Shown piece by piece: positions 20,542 to 30,919 of a stretch of DNA of 64,000 nucleotides. Position 1 is the stretch's first letter; the number at the start of each line of letters is the position of its first letter. The DNA is from an uncultured Verrucomicrobiae bacterium (GTDB taxonomy: Bacteria > Verrucomicrobiota > Verrucomicrobiia > Limisphaerales > AAA164-E04), in the NCBI GenBank assembly GCA_951813855.1, contig OX638380.1:2050876-2114875 (forward strand). The letters run 5' to 3'. Under the pieces are notes generated by a model. It made no database searches. It was not told the origin of the DNA and saw nothing but the letters and a program-made list of their open reading frames with translations. The translations under genes were made by a program, and so were the position numbers.

Positions 20542-22329
20542 ATGGACGCCAAAATCAACCTCAAGCTGGTGACCGTTCGATTGGTGAAGAGCAGTGAGCG
20601 AAGACGCTGGGATTCGCTGATGGATCAGAACCATCGCTTGGGTTTCAAAGGCTTTGCCGGACGCGGTCTGCGTTATGTTGCCGAGTACCGAGGCCGGTGG
20701 TTGGCGTTAGCCGGCTGGCAAAGCGGAGTGTTCAAGTGTCGCCCGCGAGACAAGTGGCTCGGGTGGAAAAAACGAGAGCAGTTTCGTCGGCTGCATTTGA
20801 TTGCCAACAATACCCGATTCCTCCTGCTTACCGAGCGGGGCGAAGTGCACAATCTGGGGAGCTGCGTCATGGCCAAAATGCTGCGCCGTTTGAGTGCCGA
20901 TTGGCAACGGACCTGGGGTCATCCGCTGGAATTGGCCGAAACTTTCGTCGATCCCCGACACTTCGCGGGCACGATCTATCGCGCGGGGAATTGGCGGGCG
21001 GTAGGGCAATCGCAAGGCTACGCTCGCAGCAACGGACGCTATACCGCCCGGCACAATATAAAGAAGGAAAGGTACGTTTATCCCTTGCGACCCCAAGCCT
21101 GTTCCCGATTAAGGAAGCGTCAGGACGATCCGTCTTGGGGTCCCCAGGTGCAGCGGGTAGAAACGTCCCCGAAACAGTTGAAATCATTGGTGCAACTGCT
21201 CGCGGAAATGGCTGATTTTCGCCGGGCACAAGGACGCAAACATCGGCTGGAAATGGTCCTCGCTATCTGCATCTTAGCTCGATTGGCCGGCAAGGTCGGC
21301 CCCTTGGCGACTTCGCGTTACGCCCAAAAAATGACGCAAAACCAATTGCAGACTCTCGGGGCGTGACGCAACGCCAAGGACCGTTACGTAGCCCCGTCTC
21401 TCGCGACGATTCACCGGGTCATGACCGAGACGGATCCGGAAGCGTTGCAAACGGTAACTCACCGCTGGGTAACGGCACAATTGACTCGACAACCCCTGGA
21501 AGCCTTGGCTGCTGACGGGAAGCGGATCAACGGAGCTAATCGCAACAGCAAAGACCATTTCGAGACCGTCATCCTCGTGCGCCATCAAGATGCGGTACCC
21601 ATCGCCGTTCGCATTTGCCGAGACCAAGGCGGCGAACAGGCGGCGATGGCGGCTCTCTTGGAGGATGTCGATATCCGAGGAGCCATCATTACGATCGATG
21701 CGCTCCATACTAACCGAGTCATGGCCGATGCCATCGTGTTGGTTAACAGAGCCCATTTTCTCTTCACGGTTAAAGAGAATAACCCCGAACTCTCTCAATT
21801 TTTGACCAGCCTGGATTGGGATCGAGTGGCCCAGGACCGGTTCACCGAAAAACCGGAGAAAGGACATGGCCGCATCGATCAACGGAGCATTCAAACCTAT
21901 GAACCCCTTCCCGGAGCCGTCAAATTACCGCATGTCCTCCAAGTCTTTCGGATCCTTCGACACCGTCATCATTTGAACGGTGGGCCCGAGACCGTGGAAT
22001 ATGCTTACGGCGTCACTTCGTTGCCTCCGGAAGCTGCCGACGCTCAACGATTGTTGTCACTCAATCGGGGACATTGGACGGTAGAAAACGGCAATCACCG
22101 CCGTCGCGACGGGATTTTCGGCGAAGATGATTGTCTCATGCGAACTCGCCATGGGCCGACGAACAATGCCCTCTTCAACAACCTGGCCTTGGCGATCATT
22201 CTCCAGTCGGGATACTCTAATATGGCCGAAGCTACTGACGATTTTCAGACGAATCGGAACCAAGGGTTGCGAGCCGTCACGAAAACCACCCCGTTTAAAC
22301 GTCCGAAAAAACGTCCGAAAAAAAACTGA
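20542..22329 (+). pseudogene. DUF4338 (DruA-like)-ISAs1 family transposase fusion with an in-frame TGA
   Basis: N-terminus LIANNTRFLLL, HPLELAETFVD, GTIYRAGNW; C-terminus LAADGK, IITIDALHT, EKGHGRID, RGHWTVEN, FGED. The two ORFs share one frame, separated by TGA at 21364-21366. Confidence 0.87.
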
Positions 22330-22713
22330 CCCGACCTTCCTGATTATCGACGCTTCCTCCTTGCTGATTCGGTCGGCGAATTGATCGTTTGACCGATACT
22401 CGCACCGGTTTAGTCTCCTGTCCGGCTGAAACTCGTCTCAATCGGCAATCGCCGCCTAACTCGAAGCATAATTCGGAAAAACAGTTTTTCCGACGAATCG
22501 AAATACTCCGCTCGACACTTAAAAAAAACGATCGTCGATCAAAAATTATTAGCATGAAAAAGTCCTGGCCGGCGACGCATTCCCGGTTGCAACCTCGGCC
22601 AGAAAGTGTTACCTTCCCCCAAGCTGCGAAACTTGATTCCATTTGCGGTGTACCAATAAGACAGACCCTGCGGGATCAGGGCAATCAAGAATCAGCCACA
22701 ACGCTACATCGAC

Positions 22714-23106
22714 ATGCGCATCAGCACCTATCGCACCCGGGGGGCCTTCACCCTGTTCGAAATCATGATCGTGGTGGCCATTATCGGCCTGCTCGCCGCC
22801 ATAGCGGTCCCCAATTACATGAATTCGAGACAAAAGGCCAACCTCCTCATCATTCGCAACAATCTGCAAATGATCGATAACTTCACATTGCAGTGGGCCG
22901 TGGAAAACGGCAAACCGAATTCGGCTCAACCGACCAGGGAGGATTTAGCTCCTTTCTTCAACAAAAGCCGTTTTCCCAAACCGGTAGTCGGCGAAACCTA
23001 CGTTATCGGGACGGGCAACCAACCGGCTCAGGCCAAGTTACCTGAAGGGGAGAGCCTGCTCGGCATCACGGGATCGATTACAGCCGACAAAGAAGACGGC
23101 CAATAA
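22714..23106 (+). CDS. Type IV pilin / type II secretion pseudopilin-like protein
   Basis: Prepilin motif RGAF-TLFEIMIVVAIIGLLAAIAVP. Confidence 0.88.
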   Translation: MRISTYRTRGAFTLFEIMIVVAIIGLLAAIAVPNYMNSRQKANLLIIRNNLQMIDNFTLQWAVENGKPNSAQPTREDLAPFFNKSRFPKPVVGETYVIGTGNQPAQAKLPEGESLLGITGSITADKEDGQ

Positions 23107-23141
23107 AGCCTTTTCCCTGTCTCCCCGCCCCCTTTTGCCCG

Positions 23142-23171
23142 CGCCGGGCTCTCGCTTCCGAGAGCCCGGCG
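23142..23171. repeat. GC-rich 13-bp stem hairpin downstream of the pilin gene (possible terminator or stabiliser)
   Basis: CGCCGGGCTCTCG-CTTC-CGAGAGCCCGGCG; no U-tract on either strand. Confidence 0.55.
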
Positions 23172-23604
23172 AAAGTGCCTGAGACACGGCACCGGGCACC
23201 GCATTCGCGGCCGGCTCCCGCAGACGTCGGCAAACCACGCTGCAGCAATCCGCCCTGTCGGCACCGGACGGGCCATCGAATCGCCGCCGATACGATTGCG
23301 GAAAGACGGGCCGATGGAGTTACGCCTCTAAGGTCAGGAAGTCGAGCCGACGTCGTTACCGAAAAGACCGGAGCCGCGTTTGCGACGGATCGGCCGCGCC
23401 GACCTCGTTCGCCAAGAATTCCTTTCCCCGGCTGCAGACTGGCGGACTTCAGTTCCAAACCATGAAACCGTTCGAGTAAGAGTATGACGATTGCCCCTCC
23501 CGAAGCACCTCGGGTAACATTGGGATATGCCACGTAACGGGCTTTTTTAGTATCCCTGCGCCGGACCGACGATCCGACCGCCTTTATTAGAACCAAGCGG
23601 CAGT

Positions 23605-24054
23605 GGTATTACTCGCCACTTTATTTCGGGAAATCATGCGTTTTATTTCGCATTATTCCGGACCTAAACGCTCTGAGCCGGCGGTCGGCTGATCCATAGT
23701 GATGTTCTTTGGCCGGGACGACTCCCCAACTCCCCCCATGGTTCTGCCGTTGGAACTTCCAGCGGATCCCTTGCGCTTTCGACGCCGGCGAAAGTGGCGA
23801 TCATTCCGCCGCTCGGTTATGGCAGCGTCATCCCAACGCCCAACGACTGAGGCCTCCTGGGGCTAAAGACCGGAACGACCTGCTGCGAAGCCAATGACCC
23901 GCTCCCCGAATCTCAATCGAAATTTCTTTTCCAGGCAGTCGATTTATCAAACCGTTGGCCGTTGAGAATCGGTCGTCACTCTTGGCTGACCCACCCCAAT
24001 TAGCTCCCGGATTAAAGTGAAAAATCCGCCCGAAATAACGTGGCGAATAACACC
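23605..24054. mobile_element. Candidate MITE / internally deleted IS (450 bp)
   Basis: 26-bp inverted repeats with 23/26 identity at 23605-23630 and 24029-24054; no convincing ORF inside and no TSD seen. Confidence 0.55.
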
Positions 24055-24189
24055 CTCGCTGATTAGCTACAGGATTATTCTCTGGGTGAACTATGGGAAA
24101 AGAACCATTTCGGAGGGCGGCCTTGACGTCACGAATCATGGTTCCGGCAACAGGTCAAACCGAACGATCGTTGATCCGTCGAGTCGTCC

Positions 24190-25095
24190 CTACTCAGCCG
24201 TAAAACTCGAAGCCTGCAACAGGACCGGCCGGGGACGACTGGTCCAATGAGAAAAACCCTTCAGGCGAAAACGGTAATCGGGATTAAGTCGTTTCAACAG
24301 GGCGGCGATATCGCCGACATGCTCATCGACATGATAAGTGGTTACCGCCACTTGAGGCCGGTACCGCTCGATCGTTTCGACCGCACCCCGAATGGCCTCC
24401 AAGTCCGCTCCCTCGGCATCGATCTTGATTAAATCTTGCGGCGCCAACCGGATGCCATGATTGCTGAAGTAATCGTCTAATCTGACTGCATATGCTCCCG
24501 ATCGACCTTCGCTGTCGCGGACCAAACGTCCGGCATCCGGAGTTTCGCCGGGCGTCATCGTGACGGGGCCCGAAAAATCCGCCGCCGCTACCGGTTCCAC
24601 TGAAATCCGGTCGGCCACTCCGTTATCCACCGCTCCGCGCCAGATCAGAGTCGCCAAATCACGATCGGGTTCGAAGCATACGACTCGACCGCAACGACGT
24701 TCTTTCAAGAGCCGGAACGCGAACAATCCCTCGCAAGCTCCCACGTCGAAAACCCGGCTGTCGGACCGCAAGACGATCGGTTCGGTCGTGTAGCAATGAG
24801 GATTGCGGGAGTCGAATTCCTGCTCGATCAGAAAGTAGAGATTATTGTCTGCCCGGCCGCGCCAATAGAAACACAACTCACGACCGAGCAATTCGACGCG
24901 GGTCACTCCCTCCTCCAATGGCACGCACCAAGCCGACCGCCGTAATTTCCGGCCGGCCGCTCGCCAGGCGAACCGGGCCGGCAACACTACCCGGTCCCAT
25001 TGCATGGCGGCATCGCGCCAGGCGAAAAAACCCTCCGGTCGAAGCTGCCGCCACCAACGCCAGCAATGCCTCAATTGTCCGACCGGATTCTTCAT
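24190..25095 (-). CDS. FkbM family SAM-dependent methyltransferase
   Basis: VFDVGACEGLF, VVCFEP, LIKIDAEG; ATGA overlap with the upstream flippase. Confidence 0.88.
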   Translation of the reverse strand: MKNPVGQLRHCWRWWRQLRPEGFFAWRDAAMQWDRVVLPARFAWRAAGRKLRRSAWCVPLEEGVTRVELLGRELCFYWRGRADNNLYFLIEQEFDSRNPHCYTTEPIVLRSDSRVFDVGACEGLFAFRLLKERRCGRVVCFEPDRDLATLIWRGAVDNGVADRISVEPVAAADFSGPVTMTPGETPDAGRLVRDSEGRSGAYAVRLDDYFSNHGIRLAPQDLIKIDAEGADLEAIRGAVETIERYRPQVAVTTYHVDEHVGDIAALLKRLNPDYRFRLKGFSHWTSRPRPVLLQASSFTAE

Positions 25096-26381
25096 TTCCT
25101 TCGCCTGACGGTCGTTCTGACATACCAGAAAATCCCGGCGCAAACCAGAAAGAGCATCGCCTCGCCGATCGCATAAATCCACCCGGCCGCCAAAAAACCG
25201 TGTTCCGGAATCCACCGGCCGTAGAGGGCGCCGGAAACGGCCACCGTCGCCACGCAACCCCAAACCGCCAACCAATCCCGCCGCTCAGCCAAGATGCCCC
25301 AAACCAGAAATCCGCTGGCCATGCCCACGAACTTGCCCAGCACCATGATCGGAAAAATGCCGGCTCCCTCGGCGTCGCGATAGACGATCCGGAACAGCCA
25401 CTCGCCCAATCCCAACAAAACGACGGCGGCCAAACCGCCTAAAGCCACTCCTGCCAAGGCCAGTCCGTAAACGCGACGCTCAAAGCCGACCGAGACTTCT
25501 TGCCGCCAGGCCACGATCCGGGGATAGAAAATATAACCGAGATAACTCAGGATAAATTGCAAGGCCAGACAAGGTTGAAAACTGCGCCGGAAAATACCGC
25601 TTTCCGTATCGCCCCGCTCCGGCCCCATCAGTAACGGCATCAGTAGCAGCCCCAGGACCGTCAAACCGTTATAGGCCAAACCAAACAGCCAGACCGCCCG
25701 GCCTTCGCGAGCCAGTTCGACCGCCCGATTCCAGCAGGCGCGAGTCCAAAGAACCCGGTCGGCCGATTCGAACCGGATGCGAACCCACACCCCTACGGTC
25801 ACCACGCCGTGGACTAGCGCCAGTACGTAAATATCGCTGCCGGCGGCTTGTCCCGGACGAAATCCCAAAAAGAAAACCAAACTCACGACCAAGGTGGTCA
25901 AGGTTTGCAATCGCGAAAGGGCTACCATCCTGCCGGTCGCCTGATAGTACCATTGAAAATTCATGCCCAGGACGACGAAGTAAAGACCGCCGCTGAGCCA
26001 GGCCCAAACCGCAACCTGGGTTGGTGCCAAGACGATGACCGCCGCCGCCCAAATCAAGGCTATTCCCAAGTGCAACGCCAGGCGCGAGGTAAAAATCACC
26101 GGCAGCAATTCCGGCACTTGCCGCGTCCCGGCGGCGATGTGACGCACCGCTACCACGTCCATCCCCAACGAAAAGGTGACCTGCAGCATCATCGCCAAGG
26201 CCAGCACTTGGCCCGACACGCCCGCGTTGGCATTTCCCAGGCAATGGATCGCGTAACCGAAACCGAAAAACTGAACGATCCTCCCGACGACCGCCCAAAA
26301 CCCGGTGGAGCCGACCACATAACCGACCCGGCGAACGACCTCCGGTAACCGTCGTCCCGCCTCCTGGCGATCCGCCTTCAT
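25092..26381 (-). CDS. Wzx/MOP-type oligosaccharide flippase
   Basis: About 12 hydrophobic segments; LGMDVVAVRHIA and WYYQATGRM patterns typical of Wzx-like exporters. Confidence 0.75.
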   Translation of the reverse strand: MKADRQEAGRRLPEVVRRVGYVVGSTGFWAVVGRIVQFFGFGYAIHCLGNANAGVSGQVLALAMMLQVTFSLGMDVVAVRHIAAGTRQVPELLPVIFTSRLALHLGIALIWAAAVIVLAPTQVAVWAWLSGGLYFVVLGMNFQWYYQATGRMVALSRLQTLTTLVVSLVFFLGFRPGQAAGSDIYVLALVHGVVTVGVWVRIRFESADRVLWTRACWNRAVELAREGRAVWLFGLAYNGLTVLGLLLMPLLMGPERGDTESGIFRRSFQPCLALQFILSYLGYIFYPRIVAWRQEVSVGFERRVYGLALAGVALGGLAAVVLLGLGEWLFRIVYRDAEGAGIFPIMVLGKFVGMASGFLVWGILAERRDWLAVWGCVATVAVSGALYGRWIPEHGFLAAGWIYAIGEAMLFLVCAGIFWYVRTTVRRRK

Positions 26382-26433
26382 GCCGGCCTGCCGAAAAAAT
26401 AGGCCCGGCAGCGATCAAGCGAACGAGACGCTC

Positions 26434-27102
26434 CTAGTTCGGATCGTCGTTCCGCAGCTTTTCGTGCAGAGACGTATCCCAGTCCTTGGTAAGAAAACGA
26501 TAAATCCACTTCTGTTGGGACCGGATGCGGTGATAGGCGGACCTGAGATCCAAGATCATGGTGATTCGTCGATTAGGGCAATTGAGTTCGCCGACGTCGT
26601 GAGTCGCCACGGGCTTGAATCCCATGACCCGGGTATGAAAATCGTAGGGACTGTGAACTTCGTCTTCGAAAATATCGGTCACGTAATGGGTATAGTCGTT
26701 GGCGACCGTTTCCCGGCTGGCTTCCCGCATCAGGGCGGCCGAAGCCAGCATGTACTTGCGGTATTCCGGCACCACCGCGAACCGTCCGATTTCGGCGATC
26801 CGGTTTTCCTGCACGAAAGCCTCGACATCCAGTCCGCTGTCCAACGCCTTCATGCCGTATTCCCGGTAGAGTTCCAACGGCGGATCGTACAAGACGCGCA
26901 CGACCCCGATAGGTTGGTCCCGGACCGAAGCGACGAACCAGGAAATATTGGTCGCGGTTAAATCGGACTCCGGAAAGAAATTCCCCTCGTCCTGAATCCA
27001 GTTTTTTTCGTTAACGTAGGTCGAGAGCAAGACCTGGATAGCCATTTCGCGATCAGCCTTGCTGACCGCTCGAATAACGTGGATCTGCCGAGCCAAAGAC
27101 AT
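26434..27102 (-). CDS. GNAT acyltransferase, FeeM/N-acyl amino acid synthase-like
   Basis: PIGVVRVLYD, IAEIGRFAV..EYR, MGFKPV; starts 2 nt after the PlsC-like stop. Confidence 0.7.
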   Translation of the reverse strand: MSLARQIHVIRAVSKADREMAIQVLLSTYVNEKNWIQDEGNFFPESDLTATNISWFVASVRDQPIGVVRVLYDPPLELYREYGMKALDSGLDVEAFVQENRIAEIGRFAVVPEYRKYMLASAALMREASRETVANDYTHYVTDIFEDEVHSPYDFHTRVMGFKPVATHDVGELNCPNRRITMILDLRSAYHRIRSQQKWIYRFLTKDWDTSLHEKLRNDDPN

Positions 27103-27104
27103 GT

Positions 27105-27905
27105 CTAGGCGCTTCGACCTCTCCGGGGTTGCCAAATCTTCCCCGACAAAACGGCGATAGCTTCCATGATCCGGCGGTGATGCCGGCGAATTTCCGTAAG
27201 CCTCGGTTTTCCCTCGGAATGCGGCGGCCGGATAGGTTCGCCGATTTTAATCACGCAGGGAATAAATTCGGTCAGGGGCCGGGACGGATCGTGACCCGGA
27301 AACCGTACGCCGAGCGGCAAGATTGGCACCTGATGTCGCAAGGAAAGCATGGCGGCTCCGTTCTGCCCCGGCAGCAGACGTTCTGGATCCCGGTTGATCG
27401 TCCCCTCGGGAAACAAACCGATCGACCGGCCTGCTTCCAACACCCGGGAAGCGCGGGCAAATCCGGAATCCCGCCCCACGAACAACGGTTTGAAGACGTT
27501 GAGAAAACGTGGCTTAGCCGGTTTACGAGCCACCGTGATCACTTGGCCGAAACGATAAAAAAACCAAACGCCGGGGACGAGACAATAATTCCAGTCTGCC
27601 AGGAAATGAATCAAATTGCCCGAACGCAGATGCATCAAGATACTCGGCAAGGCGATCGCCTCCAGCTTCTGGCTATGATTGAGGACAAGAATAAAGGGAT
27701 CGTTTCCGACAAGGTAATCTTTCTCGCCCTGAATGTCCATGATCCAACGCGCCCCGAGTGAAGCGCCGAGCTTGATTACCAGGGTCGTGCCCCAGGAAGG
27801 CGAAGCCTGGCAGGAGGAACGCCAGATCTCGCTCAAGGACAGATACGGTTCCCCGCCGGAGGTCGTCGTCCGCGATGGTTCTGCTTCTGGACTGGAAAAC
27901 TTCAT
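27105..27905 (-). CDS. PlsC-family lysophospholipid acyltransferase
   Basis: LNHSQKLE (HX4E variant), IGLFPEGT, GAAMLSL, PILPLGV. Confidence 0.83.
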   Translation of the reverse strand: MKFSSPEAEPSRTTTSGGEPYLSLSEIWRSSCQASPSWGTTLVIKLGASLGARWIMDIQGEKDYLVGNDPFILVLNHSQKLEAIALPSILMHLRSGNLIHFLADWNYCLVPGVWFFYRFGQVITVARKPAKPRFLNVFKPLFVGRDSGFARASRVLEAGRSIGLFPEGTINRDPERLLPGQNGAAMLSLRHQVPILPLGVRFPGHDPSRPLTEFIPCVIKIGEPIRPPHSEGKPRLTEIRRHHRRIMEAIAVLSGKIWQPRRGRSA

Positions 27906-27977
27906 GAATTCGTCCCGATCCTGTCGGGAGCGCCTGTCGGCAGCCAAAGGCAAAACCAACACATCTTACGAGGATAT

Positions 27978-28961
27978 TCAATGGTCATCTTCCCCGGTCC
28001 GCCCGCTCAGTTCGATCAACAAAGGCCGATGATCGGAACCCGATCCGGGTCCGGTCCGTTCACTGCCGACCTGAATTTCCGGAGTCGTCAGACAATAATC
28101 CAGCGGCAAGTAAAGAGGCGGAAACGAGGCAGGCCAAGTCAATAGCAGGCCCCCGGACCGGTCACGCAACCGGGAACCGTCCAACAAGCGGGAGAAGGCG
28201 TAATTCCAGGGAGTCGTATTCAGATCGCCCGCCACCACGACCGGTTTGCCGTATTCGGCGATCTGTCCGGCCAACCAGGCTAATTGCTCGTCCCGTTCCC
28301 GGGTCCACGCGGCGCTGGAAGGCGGTACCGCGTGAACGGCAAACAGGCGAAACGAGAATTCGTCCCGAACAATATCCGCCCGGATCATCGGCACACCTTC
28401 CACGTCGTGATAAACGACAGCGGCCGCCCTCAAGGGCAGACGCGAATACAGCGCCATCCCGAAATTATCTTCCCGCGCCCGGATCAAAACGTGAGGATAA
28501 TCCCGCTTCAACGGTTCCAGTTCCTGTTCCCATCGGGGAGTGATCTCCGCCAGCGCGATCACGTCGGGTGATTCCTGGCGGATCAATTCGTAGAACGCCG
28601 CGTAGTTCCGGTTTTGACTATGAACGTTCCACCAAAGCAAGCGGACGGAAGTGCGATCGGCCGTCGGCGGAGGAGCCGCTTCACCGCCCCAATGAGGCCA
28701 CACCACCGCCAAATTGACGATCAAACCCGTTGTCGCCAAACCGCTCTTCAGCCACTCCCGGCGAATCAGATACCACCCTGTCAAAGCCGAAAACACGACG
28801 AGATACTGGAGGCGAAAATGGGAAAAAAGATCGAAGATCCACCACCACGAATCGACGAAACCGACCAAGGCCGCAACGGCCGTCACCACGGCTCCGGCGT
28901 CGAGCAGACCCCGGACGGTCACCCTCCGGCCGCGTGGTTCGTTCTTAGGTTCTTCGTCCAC
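27978..28961 (-). CDS. Membrane-anchored endonuclease/exonuclease/phosphatase family protein
   Basis: N-terminal TMs; WNV, PDVIALAE, VVAGDLNTTPW, LDYCL, GSDHRP. Confidence 0.88.
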   Translation of the reverse strand: MDEEPKNEPRGRRVTVRGLLDAGAVVTAVAALVGFVDSWWWIFDLFSHFRLQYLVVFSALTGWYLIRREWLKSGLATTGLIVNLAVVWPHWGGEAAPPPTADRTSVRLLWWNVHSQNRNYAAFYELIRQESPDVIALAEITPRWEQELEPLKRDYPHVLIRAREDNFGMALYSRLPLRAAAVVYHDVEGVPMIRADIVRDEFSFRLFAVHAVPPSSAAWTRERDEQLAWLAGQIAEYGKPVVVAGDLNTTPWNYAFSRLLDGSRLRDRSGGLLLTWPASFPPLYLPLDYCLTTPEIQVGSERTGPGSGSDHRPLLIELSGRTGEDDH

Positions 28962-29036
28962 CGGTATTCAGCGATTGATCGTTGACCCTCTTGGCCTCAT
29001 CCCGTCAGAATAGCCCGAGTATTCGCCCCCGAAGCT

Positions 29037-29720
29037 ATGCCGGTTTTGGAGATTCGCCAGTTGAAAAAGGCTTTTCCCGCCGCCGACCGAACGGTCCGTC
29101 CGATTATCGACATTCCGGAATTCGCTCTGGAATCCGAAACGGAGGCGGCGCTTCGAGGAGCCAGCGGTTGCGGCAAGACGACGTTCCTGAATCTGATCGC
29201 CGGCCTCGTCCCAGCCGATCACGGCAGTATCCGCCTCGAAGGACAAAACCTGGCGGCCCTGAGCGAAGCCGGCCGGGACCGCCTTCGAGCCGCTCGAATC
29301 GGTTACATTTTCCAAACTTTCAATCTGTTACAGGGATTCACCTGCCTGGAAAATGTCGTATTAGGCATGTCCTTCGGCCGCAAACCCGATTGGAACCGAG
29401 CCCGGAGCCTACTCCAACGCATGGATTTGGGCAACCGAATCGATTACTTGCCCCGGCAACTTTCGACCGGCCAACAACAACGAGTCGCCACCGCCCGAGC
29501 CTTGGCCAGCCGGCCGCGCCTGGTGCTGGCCGACGAACCCACCGGCAATCTGGACGCCGCCAACGCCCGCGCCGTCCTCTCCCTGATCCGGGAGTGCTGC
29601 CGGGAAAACGGAGCCGCGTTGTTGCTAACGAGTCACGACCCCGCGGTTCTGGCCCAGTTCGACACGCCGCAGGAATTCTCCGAAATCAACCGCTCGCCGA
29701 CCGAAGGAGGTGACCCTTGA
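29037..29720 (+). CDS. ABC transporter ATP-binding protein (LolD/MacB-like)
   Basis: GASGCGKT, LSTGQQQR, LADEPTGNLD, SHD. Confidence 0.93.
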   Translation: MPVLEIRQLKKAFPAADRTVRPIIDIPEFALESETEAALRGASGCGKTTFLNLIAGLVPADHGSIRLEGQNLAALSEAGRDRLRAARIGYIFQTFNLLQGFTCLENVVLGMSFGRKPDWNRARSLLQRMDLGNRIDYLPRQLSTGQQQRVATARALASRPRLVLADEPTGNLDAANARAVLSLIRECCRENGAALLLTSHDPAVLAQFDTPQEFSEINRSPTEGGDP

Positions 29721-30919
29721 CCCTTTGGCTGCTAGTCCGGCGCAGTTTGTGGCAGCACCGGCTTTCTACCGTCGTCACTGCGGCTTCGGTCGCCCTGGCC
29801 GGAGGTTTGTGGTTGTCGGTCTGGACGATCAAGGACCAGGCCAGCGATACCTTCGCCGGGCTCGATTCCGGGTTCGACGCCGTCTTGGGAGCCCGCGGCT
29901 CCTCGTTGCAACTGGTGCTCAATTCCGTCTTTCATCTGGAAGCTTCGCCGGGCAACTTGCCTCAGGAAGACTATCGGGACATTCGCGACGACGCCCGGGT
30001 CGCCGCGGCGATCCCCATCGCCGTAGGCGACAATTACCGGGGTTACCGCCTGGTCGGGGTCACGACCAACCTCTTCACCGATATCGAATACCGCCCCGGG
30101 CAGAAATACCGGACCCGCTACGGGCGATGGTTCGATCCCCGGCGCAAGGAAGCGGTAGTCGGCAGTTTCGCCGCGAGGCGCCTGAAGTTCAAACCCAGCG
30201 ACACGTTTCATCCCTATCACGGGCTCGTCTTCGACGAAAAAACCCGGCATCAGGACACTTACGTCGTCGTCGGCGTTCTCGAACCGACCAATACCCCGGC
30301 GGACCGCGTCATCTGGATCCCGTTGGCCGGCCTGCAACGCATGGACGGCCACGACCCCGCGGCCGTAAACGATCTGAGTGCCGTTTTGCTCAAACTCCGT
30401 TCAGCGCAAGCGGGTTTTCATCTGGATTTACGTTATAACAAACAGGGCAACCGCCTGACCCTGGCTTGGCCCATCGATCGAATCGTAGCGCAGCTGTTCG
30501 AGAAATTCAGCTGGTTCAGCCGAGTCCTCGAACTGATCGCCTACCTGGTCGCCCTCGTGGCCGTCGGTTCGGTCTTGACCGGCATCTACAACTCGATGAA
30601 CGGACGCCGCCGGGATATCGCCATCCTGAGAGCTCTGGGAGCCCGGCGGCGAACGATCTTCGCCGCCGTCGTGCTGGAAAGCGTCGCGATCGCCGCCTTG
30701 GGCATGGCGGCCGCTTTCCTGATTTACTGGCTCGTCTTTTCGGCGGTCGCCGCCGTGCTCCGAAGCGAAGTCGGCGTCGCGCTTTCGGCGGCGCACTGGC
30801 ATCCGGTCATGCTTTGGGCTCCGATTTCGGTTATTCTAATGAGCACCTTGGCCGGTTCGATTCCGGCAATCAAGGCGTATCGAACCAACGTTGCGGAAAA
30901 TCTGGCACCGATCTCATGA
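29717..30919 (+). CDS. FtsX/MacB-type ABC permease
   Basis: N-terminal TM, periplasmic domain with GARGSSLQLVLNSVFH, RRRDIAILRALGA and C-terminal TMs. Confidence 0.9.
   Translation: MTLWLLVRRSLWQHRLSTVVTAASVALAGGLWLSVWTIKDQASDTFAGLDSGFDAVLGARGSSLQLVLNSVFHLEASPGNLPQEDYRDIRDDARVAAAIPIAVGDNYRGYRLVGVTTNLFTDIEYRPGQKYRTRYGRWFDPRRKEAVVGSFAARRLKFKPSDTFHPYHGLVFDEKTRHQDTYVVVGVLEPTNTPADRVIWIPLAGLQRMDGHDPAAVNDLSAVLLKLRSAQAGFHLDLRYNKQGNRLTLAWPIDRIVAQLFEKFSWFSRVLELIAYLVALVAVGSVLTGIYNSMNGRRRDIAILRALGARRRTIFAAVVLESVAIAALGMAAAFLIYWLVFSAVAAVLRSEVGVALSAAHWHPVMLWAPISVILMSTLAGSIPAIKAYRTNVAENLAPIS

Noticed and set aside
21364-21366. Second selenocysteine codon in the ISAs1 transposase
   Set aside because: Not a redox or Cys-type position, no fdhF-like SECIS hairpin seen downstream; a simple nonsense change is more likely.
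22330-23600. c-di-GMP riboswitch near the pilin gene
   Set aside because: Isolated GGCAAAC, CTAAG and TTACCGAA words do not assemble into the GEMM P1-P3 arrangement.
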